NCBI GenBank assembly: GCA_964458085.1
Contig: CAYWFF010000002.1
Location: 3,473-62,532, forward strand
Reading direction: 5' to 3'
From: an uncultured Gammaproteobacteria bacterium
Lineage (GTDB): Bacteria > Patescibacteriota > Microgenomatia > UBA8517
DNA: 59,060 nt
The notes beneath the pieces are model-generated. The model was not told where the DNA came from, did no database searches, and saw nothing but the letters and a program-made list of their open reading frames with translations. Each line of letters opens with the position of its first letter. The stretch's first letter is position 1. Below are positions 18,240-27,746 of the stretch, piece after piece. Made by a program: the position numbers and the translations under genes.

Positions 18240-20402
18240 ATGCTTTTTTATTCTATTGTTTATGCTTTAGCTCTAATCATAACTACTACTTTGGCGTTTG
18301 TGGTCTATCTTAGCAATCGAAAAAATCCAGTAAATATATCATTTTCCACTTTATTATTATCTATAGTTATTTGGATTATTAGCTTATTTCTATTCTATAA
18401 TATACACATTCCCAACTCAGTTTTGTTTTTGGGTCGCTTGAACTTCGTCGCTGCAAGTTTATTAGCATCTTTAGTGTTAATTTTTGCATACTTATTTCCT
18501 GTAAAAACATTTTCATTTAACTCACTTACAATAGGTGTCGTAGTTGTAGAAAATTTAAGTTTATTTTTTGTTACTTTGTTTACTCCATTTATAGCTAAAG
18601 AGGAATTAATATCTGGAAACAGTCGAATTACCGTGTATGGAGACCTGTATTGGTTATTTATTTTACATTTCCTTTTATATATTTTATCTAGCATATTTAT
18701 ATTGTTACAAAAATATAAAAAACTTGAAGGAAGAGAAAAGTTACAGGTTCGCTATCTCATTTTCGGTATAACATTATCTGTAATATTTGGTTCGGTTACC
18801 AATATTTTTGTTCCTCTATTAACTGGTATTTACGACATACAACATTTTGGAGTATTAGCTCCAGTCATTTTAGCAATTTTTACAGGTTACTCTATTGTTA
18901 GGCATCGTCTTATGGATATTCGTTTAATTGTTGTTCGCTTAATTGTATATATTTTACTTTTAGGAACATTAGGAGTCTTTTACACTTTGGGTCTGGCAAT
19001 TATTGGAGGATTATTTTTTCCACAGTCATTTTCATTTGGATATTTAGCATACACTGCGGGAATTTCATTATTTGGGATTTTCACTTTTCAACCATTAAGA
19101 AGATTTTTTGAAAAAATTACAGCTCGTTTTCTCTATAGGGACTATTATGATACAAATGATCTTTTGAGAACACTTTCACACCTTCTAGCTTCAACACTAG
19201 ATGTAAAAGTTTTGACCAATTTAGTAGTTAATTCCTTAAAGGATACTATGCATATTAATGAAATCTCATTAGCTGTCTTGAGCAATAACAAACTTGAACT
19301 TTATGGAGATACAAGAGGAATTAACACTTACACACTAGGAGAAGAGGAGATTGGATTTATTAGTAAAACTGATAAGCTGGTTTCGTTTGAAGAATTGGAG
19401 GAGGGTATTGTGAAAGAGCAGTTTAGAAGATATGACATAATGGTTGCTTTACCAATAAAGACTAGCGATAAATTTTTAGGCTTCTTATTCTTAGGGCAAA
19501 AATCATCCGGTGACGTGTATTATCAGCAAGATTTAAGAACTCTGGAAATATTAGGACCTGAGTTGGCAGTAGCATTACAAAATGCAGAACGTTATGAAGA
19601 AATTCAACAATTCAGTCAGAAGTTGGAGGCTGAAGTAAAAGCTGCAACCACGGATTTGCGTGATGCAAATGAAAAACTCCATGTTTTAGATAGGCAAAAG
19701 AATGAATTTATATCAATTGCGGCACACGAGTTGAGAGCTCCTCTTACTGCTGTCAAAGGCTATACTTCTATGATACTGGATGGTGATGCCGGAGAAATTC
19801 CTGACAAGGCCAAGGACTTTTTAAACGATGCAAATCTATCCAGTGAGCGGATGGTGCGGCTTATCGGCAATTTACTTAATGTCGGCAGGATTGAGGAAAA
19901 CAGACTGGTTTATCAAATGGGAGACATAAACCTTTCTGACGTTGCATCAACTGTTTATAAAGAATTCCTGCAGGAAGCAAAACTAAAAGAAATGGAGTTG
20001 AAACTAGAGATTCCAGACGAACTAAAAGACCTGGTGTATGTCGATAAAGATAGGATTCATGAAGTCATCGGCAATTTTGTCGGTAACGGAATCAAATATA
20101 CTGAAAACGGGAAAGTCACCATAGCTTTGAAGAATCCAACACCTCAAACTGTGAGAGTTGAAGTAATAGACACCGGACCCGGGATAAGTTCTGAAGGTCA
20201 GCAAAAGTTATTCCAAAAATATTATCGGGTAAAAGCCAGCGCAACAGCGGTTTCAGGGACAGGACTGGGGTTATATGTGTCGAGGCTGTTAGTGGAAAAA
20301 TTCGGAGGCACAATCGGAGTTAGTTCTGAGGAGGGGAAGGGAAGTACTTTTTGGTTTGAATTACCTCTCAAAAGCGCTTCAACGGAAAAAGAGGAGGCTT
20401 GA
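18240..20402 (+). CDS. Sensor histidine kinase (N-terminal 7TM domain, GAF-like, HisKA, HATPase_c)
   Basis: ~300-aa polytopic N-terminus, H-box AAHELRAPLT, N-box GNGIKYT, and G boxes DTGPGI and GTGLGL. Confidence 0.9.
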   Translation: MLFYSIVYALALIITTTLAFVVYLSNRKNPVNISFSTLLLSIVIWIISLFLFYNIHIPNSVLFLGRLNFVAASLLASLVLIFAYLFPVKTFSFNSLTIGVVVVENLSLFFVTLFTPFIAKEELISGNSRITVYGDLYWLFILHFLLYILSSIFILLQKYKKLEGREKLQVRYLIFGITLSVIFGSVTNIFVPLLTGIYDIQHFGVLAPVILAIFTGYSIVRHRLMDIRLIVVRLIVYILLLGTLGVFYTLGLAIIGGLFFPQSFSFGYLAYTAGISLFGIFTFQPLRRFFEKITARFLYRDYYDTNDLLRTLSHLLASTLDVKVLTNLVVNSLKDTMHINEISLAVLSNNKLELYGDTRGINTYTLGEEEIGFISKTDKLVSFEELEEGIVKEQFRRYDIMVALPIKTSDKFLGFLFLGQKSSGDVYYQQDLRTLEILGPELAVALQNAERYEEIQQFSQKLEAEVKAATTDLRDANEKLHVLDRQKNEFISIAAHELRAPLTAVKGYTSMILDGDAGEIPDKAKDFLNDANLSSERMVRLIGNLLNVGRIEENRLVYQMGDINLSDVASTVYKEFLQEAKLKEMELKLEIPDELKDLVYVDKDRIHEVIGNFVGNGIKYTENGKVTIALKNPTPQTVRVEVIDTGPGISSEGQQKLFQKYYRVKASATAVSGTGLGLYVSRLLVEKFGGTIGVSSEEGKGSTFWFELPLKSASTEKEEA

Positions 20403-20435
20403 ACAAAAAGGGTAAATCAATTACCATAAACCGTT

Positions 20436-20816
20436 ATGGAAAAAAGTAACACAAAGACAATTATTCTGGTTGATGATGATGATGTTTTGAGCCGAATGTA
20501 TAAAACAAAACTCGAAACATCTGGCTTCATAGTAAAAACAGCATCAAACGGTACAGAAGGACTTGAACTGATCAAAAATGAAACCGCCAACCTACTTATT
20601 TTAGATATAATGATGCCTCAAATGACAGGACTGGAGCTTTTAGAAAAATTGCGGGCAACAAAAAAAGAATATGCAAATATTCCGGTTATAATGCTTACTA
20701 ATCTAACAGAAAAAGAACAACAAGCAAAAGCAGCGGAATTGGGTGTAAAAGAGTTTTTGATTAAAGCGGATTTAACACCGCAGGCTCTTGTAGAAGCGAT
20801 CCAAAAATATCTCTAG
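20436..20816 (+). CDS. Single-domain response regulator (receiver only)
   Basis: 126 aa with acidic pocket DDDD, phospho-acceptor LLILDIMMP and conserved LTN...K. Confidence 0.88.
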   Translation: MEKSNTKTIILVDDDDVLSRMYKTKLETSGFIVKTASNGTEGLELIKNETANLLILDIMMPQMTGLELLEKLRATKKEYANIPVIMLTNLTEKEQQAKAAELGVKEFLIKADLTPQALVEAIQKYL

Positions 20817-20832
20817 AAATTAACTTAAAGTC

Positions 20833-21450
20833 TTACCCCCTTGCTCTTGTTATTACAAAAACAAGTCCCACTATAACAACTAATGCGAAAAGTGAAATAA
20901 GGCCGGCTCTTTTGAGGCCCAAGATTAACTTTTCGCGGGTTGTAAGCTGAGTGGAATTTTCTTCGTCGGAAGGTGTTTCGTCCGCATCTTCACCTTCAGG
21001 TGTAGGTGTGGGTGTTGGTGAAGTTTCTGTATAGAGAAAATCAATCCTGTCGACATCACCCCGCATGACAACAGGACCTTGAGGTGCTTTAGGTTCTGCT
21101 GCAGATTCAGTTGTTACAAATAAAGCAACCAAATCTTTTTTGGTTTGAAAAGTAGGTTTGCCTAAACCGATTGCTCCTAAACGAACTGTGGCGCTACCAT
21201 CCTGAGGAGTGCCCCACATAATATAGTTATAAATGTTTTGATCAACTGGATAGATCAAATTTACACAACTGACGGGTATGGTATAAGTTCTGTCGCGACG
21301 CTGCATTACTGCAGCAAAACATCGGTAATCCTCATCAGTTAAGCTTCTTATTTCAGAAGTTCCTTCGTATGCATCAACTTTTGTTGGCATAAAAAGTGAT
21401 CCGAGTAAAACAGCTAAGCTTAAAAATAGTAATTTGGTGATTTTATTCAT
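20833..21450 (-). CDS. Secreted, C-terminally anchored hypothetical protein
   Basis: Signal peptide MNKITKLLFLSLAVLLGSLFMPTKVDA, acidic TP-rich linker and a C-terminal TM segment. Confidence 0.5.
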   Translation of the reverse strand: MNKITKLLFLSLAVLLGSLFMPTKVDAYEGTSEIRSLTDEDYRCFAAVMQRRDRTYTIPVSCVNLIYPVDQNIYNYIMWGTPQDGSATVRLGAIGLGKPTFQTKKDLVALFVTTESAAEPKAPQGPVVMRGDVDRIDFLYTETSPTPTPTPEGEDADETPSDEENSTQLTTREKLILGLKRAGLISLFALVVIVGLVFVITRARG

Positions 21451-21590
21451 ACCTGATTCTTATTGTATACTTTTCAACAGTTTATTGGCAACCTGATATT
21501 AACTTTTTGGCGTATAACTGAAATTAAATTGTTGTATTATTCACATTGAATGATTTGTAAAAATATACTATAGTGATACAAGGCTCGGAT

Positions 21591-22007
21591 ATGAATCCAG
21601 ATTCTCAGACACCTACTTCACCTTTAACTACGAAGCCTGCGGTATTAATTATCGAAGACGATATTGTGTTATCTAAAATGTACACAGAGAAGTTTATGAT
21701 TGAAGGATTTCACACCTTAACCGCTTCGAACGGCGAGACGGGGCTGCGATTAGCTTTGGAAGAGCACATAGGAGTTATCTTGCTTGATATCATGCTTCCC
21801 CGAGTGTCGGGAATTGATTTTTTAGAAACATTAAGGCAAAGTACCAAAGGCAAAGAAATTCCCGTTATTGCATTGACCAACTTAGCAAAAGATGAAGAAC
21901 GTGCCCGTGCGATGGAGTTGGGGGTAAAAGAATATTTAGTTAAAGCTATGCAAACTCCTGAGGAGGTGGTTGAAACAGTTAAAAAGTATTTTCCTCAGGA
22001 TGTATAG
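21591..22007 (+). CDS. Single-domain response regulator (receiver only)
   Basis: Receiver motifs IIEDD, LLDIMLP and LTN...K. ATG at 21591; the track start at 21573 is a GTG. Confidence 0.85.
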   Translation: MNPDSQTPTSPLTTKPAVLIIEDDIVLSKMYTEKFMIEGFHTLTASNGETGLRLALEEHIGVILLDIMLPRVSGIDFLETLRQSTKGKEIPVIALTNLAKDEERARAMELGVKEYLVKAMQTPEEVVETVKKYFPQDV

Positions 22008-22018
22008 ATTTTAAATAT

Positions 22019-23659
22019 TTACTCCGTATAAAGTTTTTCTTCGTACTCCGAAAGCATTCTTTCAGCATTTACAAACTCAGCTAAATTTTTAGACTCCTCC
22101 ATCATGCTTACCCAGTGGGCAGGAAAATTGTTTTCAACCCTTTGGTAATATAAAGGAGCTATATTTTGTTCAAGCAGAAAATAAAGATTTTCGCTTACTG
22201 CATCGCTATTAAGCGTCCAACCTTTATTGTGCCAGTCGATTTCTGCTGCCCAACCGTCAGCAACAGTAACGTTTAATACTCCGTTCACCGCAGCTTTCAT
22301 GCCCGAAGTTCCGCATGCTTCTTTCCCAAGTTCCGGGGTGTTCAGCCAGATATCGGATCCAGCGGTCATCCTTTGAGCTAATTCAATATTATAATTTGGA
22401 ATATACAGGGCGTTCCCGTTAAGTTCATGCTGCATCATTTGGATAATTTCCTGAATCATCCGTTTTGCATCTTCATCTCCATAGTGTGCTTTACCGCTTA
22501 TTAACAACTGAATTTCCAGACCGTTTTTCTTTAGAATTTTTGACAGACGAGAAGTGTCTCTGAAAATGCTGGTTAATTGCTTATATCCTGTAATTCTTCG
22601 TGCCCACGAAATGACGAGTCTGTTTGTGTCATAGGTAAAACCTGTTCTTTCTTCTACGAGTTTCGCCAGGTTTACCTTTTCAACTAAATGAGCAGTCCAT
22701 AAATCGCTGCTATTGGTACTTTGCGAAATTGCACGCGACTGCCAGGTGGGGAGATGGACTCCGTTTGTTACTCCGCTCCAAGAGTATTCCGGCCACTCGT
22801 TTTTTGAGAGCTCATAATGAAGATTGCTGACTGCTGATGCTTTGTGTGAAATTGCAAGTGCAAACTGAGTAATTGAAAAAAGGTCATTGGTTTTGTCAAT
22901 GCCGGGGTTTACTAATTCGTTACTGGAAACTCCCAATTCCGATACAAAACTGGCTGCATATTTTTTTATAATTTCTGTTGGGTAAAGTAAGTTGCCTGAG
23001 CGAAGCAGGGTGTGGTTTGTATAAACAATTTGATTTCTGGCTTTCGCAAAAGCATCGGAAAAGGAAATATTTTCAGTACACATCAGCGTATGGACAAACT
23101 GCCAAAAAAGAAAAATCGGCCGCCCTTCATTAATGTGGTAGATATTAGGTTTAATTCCTAGTACCTGAAGCAGCTTAAAGCCGGCAATCCCTAAAATAAG
23201 CATCTGCTTTAATTGCATTTCGTCATTACAACAGTATTCTTCGACCATAATTTCTTTCCATTCGGGGGTGTTGTAACTGCAATCCGTAGTTAAAAAGTAG
23301 CATGACACCAGGGGTGAAAGTACTTTTCGATACGCTTGAACCCAAACATCTGTGCCCGCTAAATTAGTTACCAAAGTTAACGGTTTACCGTTATCCATTA
23401 CCTGTTCAAGCCCTGAATCTGCCAGGTCAAAGTTTTCCTTTTCTTCAGTTTGCCACCCGTCTGGTTTTATAACCTGTTTAAAATATTTCGCTTCAAAAAG
23501 CATACCTACTCCAACCATAGGAAAATCCATATCAGCTGCAGCTTTTAAAGTATCGCCTGCAAGAATTCCCAAGCCGCCTGCATATAGAGGAAGATCGTTT
23601 GATATTCCGAACTCAGCAGAAAAATAAGCAACTAATGTGCGATGGGCAGTTTTTTTCAC
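22019..23659 (-). CDS. Alpha-glucan phosphorylase (GT35 family, short form)
   Basis: N-terminal FSAEFGI...LPLYAGGLGILAGD and PLP-lysine region EACGTSGMKAAVNG. Confidence 0.85.
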   Translation of the reverse strand: MKKTAHRTLVAYFSAEFGISNDLPLYAGGLGILAGDTLKAAADMDFPMVGVGMLFEAKYFKQVIKPDGWQTEEKENFDLADSGLEQVMDNGKPLTLVTNLAGTDVWVQAYRKVLSPLVSCYFLTTDCSYNTPEWKEIMVEEYCCNDEMQLKQMLILGIAGFKLLQVLGIKPNIYHINEGRPIFLFWQFVHTLMCTENISFSDAFAKARNQIVYTNHTLLRSGNLLYPTEIIKKYAASFVSELGVSSNELVNPGIDKTNDLFSITQFALAISHKASAVSNLHYELSKNEWPEYSWSGVTNGVHLPTWQSRAISQSTNSSDLWTAHLVEKVNLAKLVEERTGFTYDTNRLVISWARRITGYKQLTSIFRDTSRLSKILKKNGLEIQLLISGKAHYGDEDAKRMIQEIIQMMQHELNGNALYIPNYNIELAQRMTAGSDIWLNTPELGKEACGTSGMKAAVNGVLNVTVADGWAAEIDWHNKGWTLNSDAVSENLYFLLEQNIAPLYYQRVENNFPAHWVSMMEESKNLAEFVNAERMLSEYEEKLYTE

Positions 23660-23739
23660 TTACTAAGCATGACAAATTTTTAGTTGTTTTTCCAGTCTGA
23701 AAGATTGTAGTTTCATATTTGTTATGAGAAAATAAAAAT

Positions 23740-23976
23740 ATGCAATTACTTGCTGCCTATAAAATGCTGCCTCCGCAACTGATGGAGTTTTTTCGTTTCA
23801 GTGCAATAGCAGGCTTAATTGCTGCCGTGACGCTACTTATTAATCTTCATTATTCAGCTTTCAGATACATCTTTAAAGAACGCACCAAAACCTACTGGTG
23901 GTTGTTTATAGTTATGACTGTTATTCCGCTGTTTCTTTTCTTGTATGTATTCTCACTTCTTTTTGAAGCTAAATAG
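23740..23976 (+). CDS. Small membrane protein (hypothetical)
   Basis: 78-aa ORF with two TM segments in an otherwise empty intergenic region. Confidence 0.4.
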   Translation: MQLLAAYKMLPPQLMEFFRFSAIAGLIAAVTLLINLHYSAFRYIFKERTKTYWWLFIVMTVIPLFLFLYVFSLLFEAK

Positions 23977-23999
23977 AGAAATTGCCGGGTTTTTAATTT

Positions 24000-24389
24000 T
24001 TAAGAAGAGTCAGATCCCTTAAGAAAAACGTCTATTTCATCCACCATTTTCATAGGAAGTATGTTTGATTTTATGTAATATTTTTCTGCTCCCGTTTCAA
24101 GTGCCTCTTTTAAAAGATCTTCCTGGCCAAGGTTGGTTAAAAGAATTACAGGAATATTTTTCAGATTTGAAGTTTCTTTTTTCAACTCTTTTAATACCGA
24201 AAGTCCGTCAACTTTTGGTATCATCACATCCAAAAGTATCAGATCCAAATCAGTTATATCTTTGAGTTTGGCAAGAGCTTGTTCACCGTCTTCAGCCGAT
24301 TCCACCGTATAGCCCCGCTTAATCAGCGCATGTTCATACATTTCTCTTATGATATTTTCGTCTTCGACAAGAAAAATTTTCTTACTCAT
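24000..24389 (-). CDS. Single-domain response regulator (receiver only)
   Basis: Motifs LVEDE, LILLDVMIP and LTN...K. Lies directly downstream of the sensor kinase in the minus-strand operon. Confidence 0.88.
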   Translation of the reverse strand: MSKKIFLVEDENIIREMYEHALIKRGYTVESAEDGEQALAKLKDITDLDLILLDVMIPKVDGLSVLKELKKETSNLKNIPVILLTNLGQEDLLKEALETGAEKYYIKSNILPMKMVDEIDVFLKGSDSS

Positions 24390-24409
24390 CTAATATCATT
24401 ATAAGGTTT

Positions 24410-26704
24410 TTATTGTTTGTCCTCAACAGACGGAATACTGAATGAAAAAGTTGACCCCTTACCTTCTTCACTATCCACCCATATGTCTCCGCCGTGTGCA
24501 CCAACAATGTTTTTGGAAATATACAAGCCTAAGCCTGTACCTTTCGCGCCCGACTCAACTTTATTTTGGATTCTGAAAAATTTACTAAAAAGATGAACAC
24601 GGGCTTTTTCCGGGATTCCGGGGCCGGTATCGGTTACGGAAAAAACTATACTTTTTCCTCTTTGTTTGACTTGAACCGTAACACTGCCTTTATCGGTATA
24701 ATTAATTGCGTTTCCGATAAGATTTGAAATTACTTCACCAATACGCAGAACGTCAGCTTTTACGGGAGATAGCACTGTATCAGGTGCAACAAAATTTAGC
24801 TCCAAATGTTTAGTTTGAGCAAGCGGTTTAAAGTCGCCCACTAACTTGTCTGCCAAACTTTCAAGCTGAACAACCTCTTGTTTTAAAACCATTGTTCCCT
24901 GTTCGATTCTGGAAACGACAAGCAGGTTTTCTATAAGTTGGGAAAGTCGCATGGCGCTAGAAGAGACTCGGTTAAGATAGTCCTTTTCGTCTTCAGTCAG
25001 CTTTTGGATAGTTGAAGGATCTTGCAAAAAGGAAACATAGCCAAGAACAGTAGTTAGAGGAGTGCGTAATTCGTGTGCTGCCATGGAAACGAAATCGAGT
25101 TTCATTCGTTCTAACTCTTGCTCGGTAGTAATATCGTGAATTGTGACTATCGCTCCCAAGTCTGCCTCTGCCCCCTCCAGAATCCTGCCTGTTAAAAGGT
25201 TGGTGTGTGAGGTGATGCCTGAGGAGCTTACTACTTTTACATTCTGTTTTCGATAAATTATCCCCTCCTTATCGGTTTCTGAAATAGGACAATAAACAGA
25301 AAGGGGTAGTTCCATACCTGTATCAAAGACTGTAATTACCTCACTCAAACGTTTCCCTAAAACTTCGTCGGCATTTACACCAAGGATTTTTTCTGCCGCA
25401 TGGTTAAAAAGAACTATACGGTGATGCATGTTAACGGCAATAACACCATCACTAACTCCTGAAAGTACGATACCAAGTTTATTTCTTTCTGCTTTCATTA
25501 ATGCCATTTCTTCCGCAAGCTTTTCATTAACTACATTTAGATCTGTGTCGCGGTGAAGCAAAAGTTGGGTACTTTGATTAAGTCTGTTTTTGTTGCTTTC
25601 CAATTCTTTAACTTTACCCTGCAATTGGATAAATGCCTGTTGAAGCCTGCCTGCCATTCTGTTGAAAGCAATGCTCAATTCTTCAATTTCATCCCCTGTC
25701 CTTATGTCGACCCGGGTATCCATGAGCCCGTGCTCTAATTGTTCCGAAAGGTACTTAAGCTTGCCTATAGGACTTGAAATCTGCTCGCTTAGGAAGAATG
25801 CTATTACCACCATTAGCCCGGAGGAAAGTATGAGCGTTGCGATAAACAGGCTTCTTAATAGAAAACGCTGCTCAAAAGCTTCTTCTTCCGGTTGTTCTGC
25901 AATCACTCCCCAGCCTAATTTTTGAATTTTAACGCCCTGTGCTATAACTTCATTATCATCTTCATTTATATATGTATAATTTGAGACTGTCGGTATTGCC
26001 GGTGAATGGATTATGGTAGATACTATTTTACGATCCGTAATTATGTCGGGAATGGTCGATGAAAGAGGATTTCTTGGATGCGCTAGCAGTCTTCCCTCCT
26101 CGTCGACTACATAAGCAAAACCTTTATTTCCAAGTCGGATTTTTGCAACCACTTCCCACAAACCTTCCAATTGTATGCGGCTTTTGATGACACCCAACAA
26201 AACTCCTTCTTTGTTTATGACCGGACTAAAAATGTCAATAAACGGTATGGTTTGGCCTTCCAGAGTATAAACTTTTGAAATACTGGTTGCTCCCGATAAA
26301 GCATGTGTAAATGGTTTTGTAGGGATCTCGAAACTAAGCTCGTCTGTCTTTAAGTTTCCGAAACGGTCTATTTTAGTCAACTCTTTTCCTGAAACGGACA
26401 ATACGGTTGCCGTATTGATAAAAGTATTCCTAAGCACTGTATCGATAATTAATTTTTGACTTATTTCTTCGGGGGTAGATTCGCTAAAATAGAATTGTCC
26501 GATGTTTAAGTGTGCCAGCTCTATGGAGGTAACAAAAGACTCTATTTCATTGGAAGCTGCTTTTGCGGTGGTTAAAAGAGCATCGTTTGTTTTTCTTTCA
26601 ATGTATTTGTCAATTACAAAAAAACTAATTGTCTGGATTATAAAAGACACAATTAAAACCAGAGCAAAACCTATCGACAATTTGCTGTGAATACGTAACT
26701 TCAT
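24410..26704 (-). CDS. Sensor histidine kinase (dCache-like, HAMP, PAS, HisKA, HATPase_c)
   Basis: Two TM segments flank a Cache-like periplasmic domain (GFAYVVDEEGRLLAHP). Also a HAMP domain, a PAS domain (GVIAVNMHHRIVLFNHAAEKILG), H-box AAHELRTPLT, and DTGPGI and GTGLGL. Confidence 0.9.
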   Translation of the reverse strand: MKLRIHSKLSIGFALVLIVSFIIQTISFFVIDKYIERKTNDALLTTAKAASNEIESFVTSIELAHLNIGQFYFSESTPEEISQKLIIDTVLRNTFINTATVLSVSGKELTKIDRFGNLKTDELSFEIPTKPFTHALSGATSISKVYTLEGQTIPFIDIFSPVINKEGVLLGVIKSRIQLEGLWEVVAKIRLGNKGFAYVVDEEGRLLAHPRNPLSSTIPDIITDRKIVSTIIHSPAIPTVSNYTYINEDDNEVIAQGVKIQKLGWGVIAEQPEEEAFEQRFLLRSLFIATLILSSGLMVVIAFFLSEQISSPIGKLKYLSEQLEHGLMDTRVDIRTGDEIEELSIAFNRMAGRLQQAFIQLQGKVKELESNKNRLNQSTQLLLHRDTDLNVVNEKLAEEMALMKAERNKLGIVLSGVSDGVIAVNMHHRIVLFNHAAEKILGVNADEVLGKRLSEVITVFDTGMELPLSVYCPISETDKEGIIYRKQNVKVVSSSGITSHTNLLTGRILEGAEADLGAIVTIHDITTEQELERMKLDFVSMAAHELRTPLTTVLGYVSFLQDPSTIQKLTEDEKDYLNRVSSSAMRLSQLIENLLVVSRIEQGTMVLKQEVVQLESLADKLVGDFKPLAQTKHLELNFVAPDTVLSPVKADVLRIGEVISNLIGNAINYTDKGSVTVQVKQRGKSIVFSVTDTGPGIPEKARVHLFSKFFRIQNKVESGAKGTGLGLYISKNIVGAHGGDIWVDSEEGKGSTFSFSIPSVEDKQ

Positions 26705-26719
26705 AAATTTTATAACATA

Positions 26720-27667
26720 TTACTCTAACCACTTTTGCTTTAAAAATATCATCGCGCCTTGCTGGCGAAGTGTTTCGAGGGAGTCATCTAATCGGTTCAG
26801 AAGACCAGTTTCATTTTTCCGGAGTACTATACCGTATTGTTCCTGAGTGAAAGGGTCGCCGGCGATTTTTAAAGACGGATTTAAATGTATAATTCCCTTT
26901 GCATTCGTAATATCTGAAAATATCGCATCAGCTTCACCTGCAACGAGTGCGTTTGTTGCTTCAATAAAACTTTCGTAGCGTAAAACAAGCTCCGGCTCAG
27001 TAAACAAAAACGCCTGTTCTTCATTTGTTGTTTCTTTTTGTACAGCAATTCGTTTTCCTTTTAGATCATTAACGCCGTTTATATTTGTTGTTTCTTTCAG
27101 GGTTAGAATTACTTGTCCTGAAGATAAGTACGGATTGGTGAAACTGTACATTTGTTTTCGTTCTTCTGTAATCGTAACTCCTGAAACAATTATATCGATT
27201 TCTTCCTTCTCAAGTGCCGTAAATAAATCATCCCAAGCAATATTTCTTATTTCTGCAGTAACTCCCATTACTCCTGCTATTCGTTCCGCAAGTTCTATGT
27301 CGTAACCGATTAATTTGCCGTTTTGGTCCGTATATTCCATAGGCGGATAAGTGGCATCGGTGCCCACAATAATTGTGCCTCTGTCAATTATGGCTTGAAG
27401 TTTGGGGTCCTGCTTTAAAGGAGTAATTTCGCTTTTTTGAAAACTATTGGAGAAAAGTAAACCGCCTATTGATATAAGTATCAAGGAAACGGCTATTGTT
27501 ACGCTATACAGTTTAGTGTTTGTCGATAAGCCTCTTTTTGAAGGTGAAGGTTGTTTTAACTGGGGTTGATAGACGGGTGAATTTTGAACTAAAGGAATAT
27601 CCGAGCCAACTGGTTCAGTTGCATTTGACGGCACATTAAGAGATGGAGGAGTGGAATCTTCGGGCAT
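26720..27667 (-). CDS. Membrane-anchored amino-acid-type solute-binding protein (SBP_bac_3-like)
   Basis: TM anchor followed by GTDATYPPMEY...GYDIELA...IDIIVSGVTITEERK. First gene of the operon with the Cache kinase. Confidence 0.8.
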   Translation of the reverse strand: MPEDSTPPSLNVPSNATEPVGSDIPLVQNSPVYQPQLKQPSPSKRGLSTNTKLYSVTIAVSLILISIGGLLFSNSFQKSEITPLKQDPKLQAIIDRGTIIVGTDATYPPMEYTDQNGKLIGYDIELAERIAGVMGVTAEIRNIAWDDLFTALEKEEIDIIVSGVTITEERKQMYSFTNPYLSSGQVILTLKETTNINGVNDLKGKRIAVQKETTNEEQAFLFTEPELVLRYESFIEATNALVAGEADAIFSDITNAKGIIHLNPSLKIAGDPFTQEQYGIVLRKNETGLLNRLDDSLETLRQQGAMIFLKQKWLE

Positions 27668-27746
27668 TACTTTATTATGTCAAATATAGTGTTAAGTTTA
27701 AAGCAGTATACGAATTATCTATAGTTGTTCTATACTGAAAATTACA

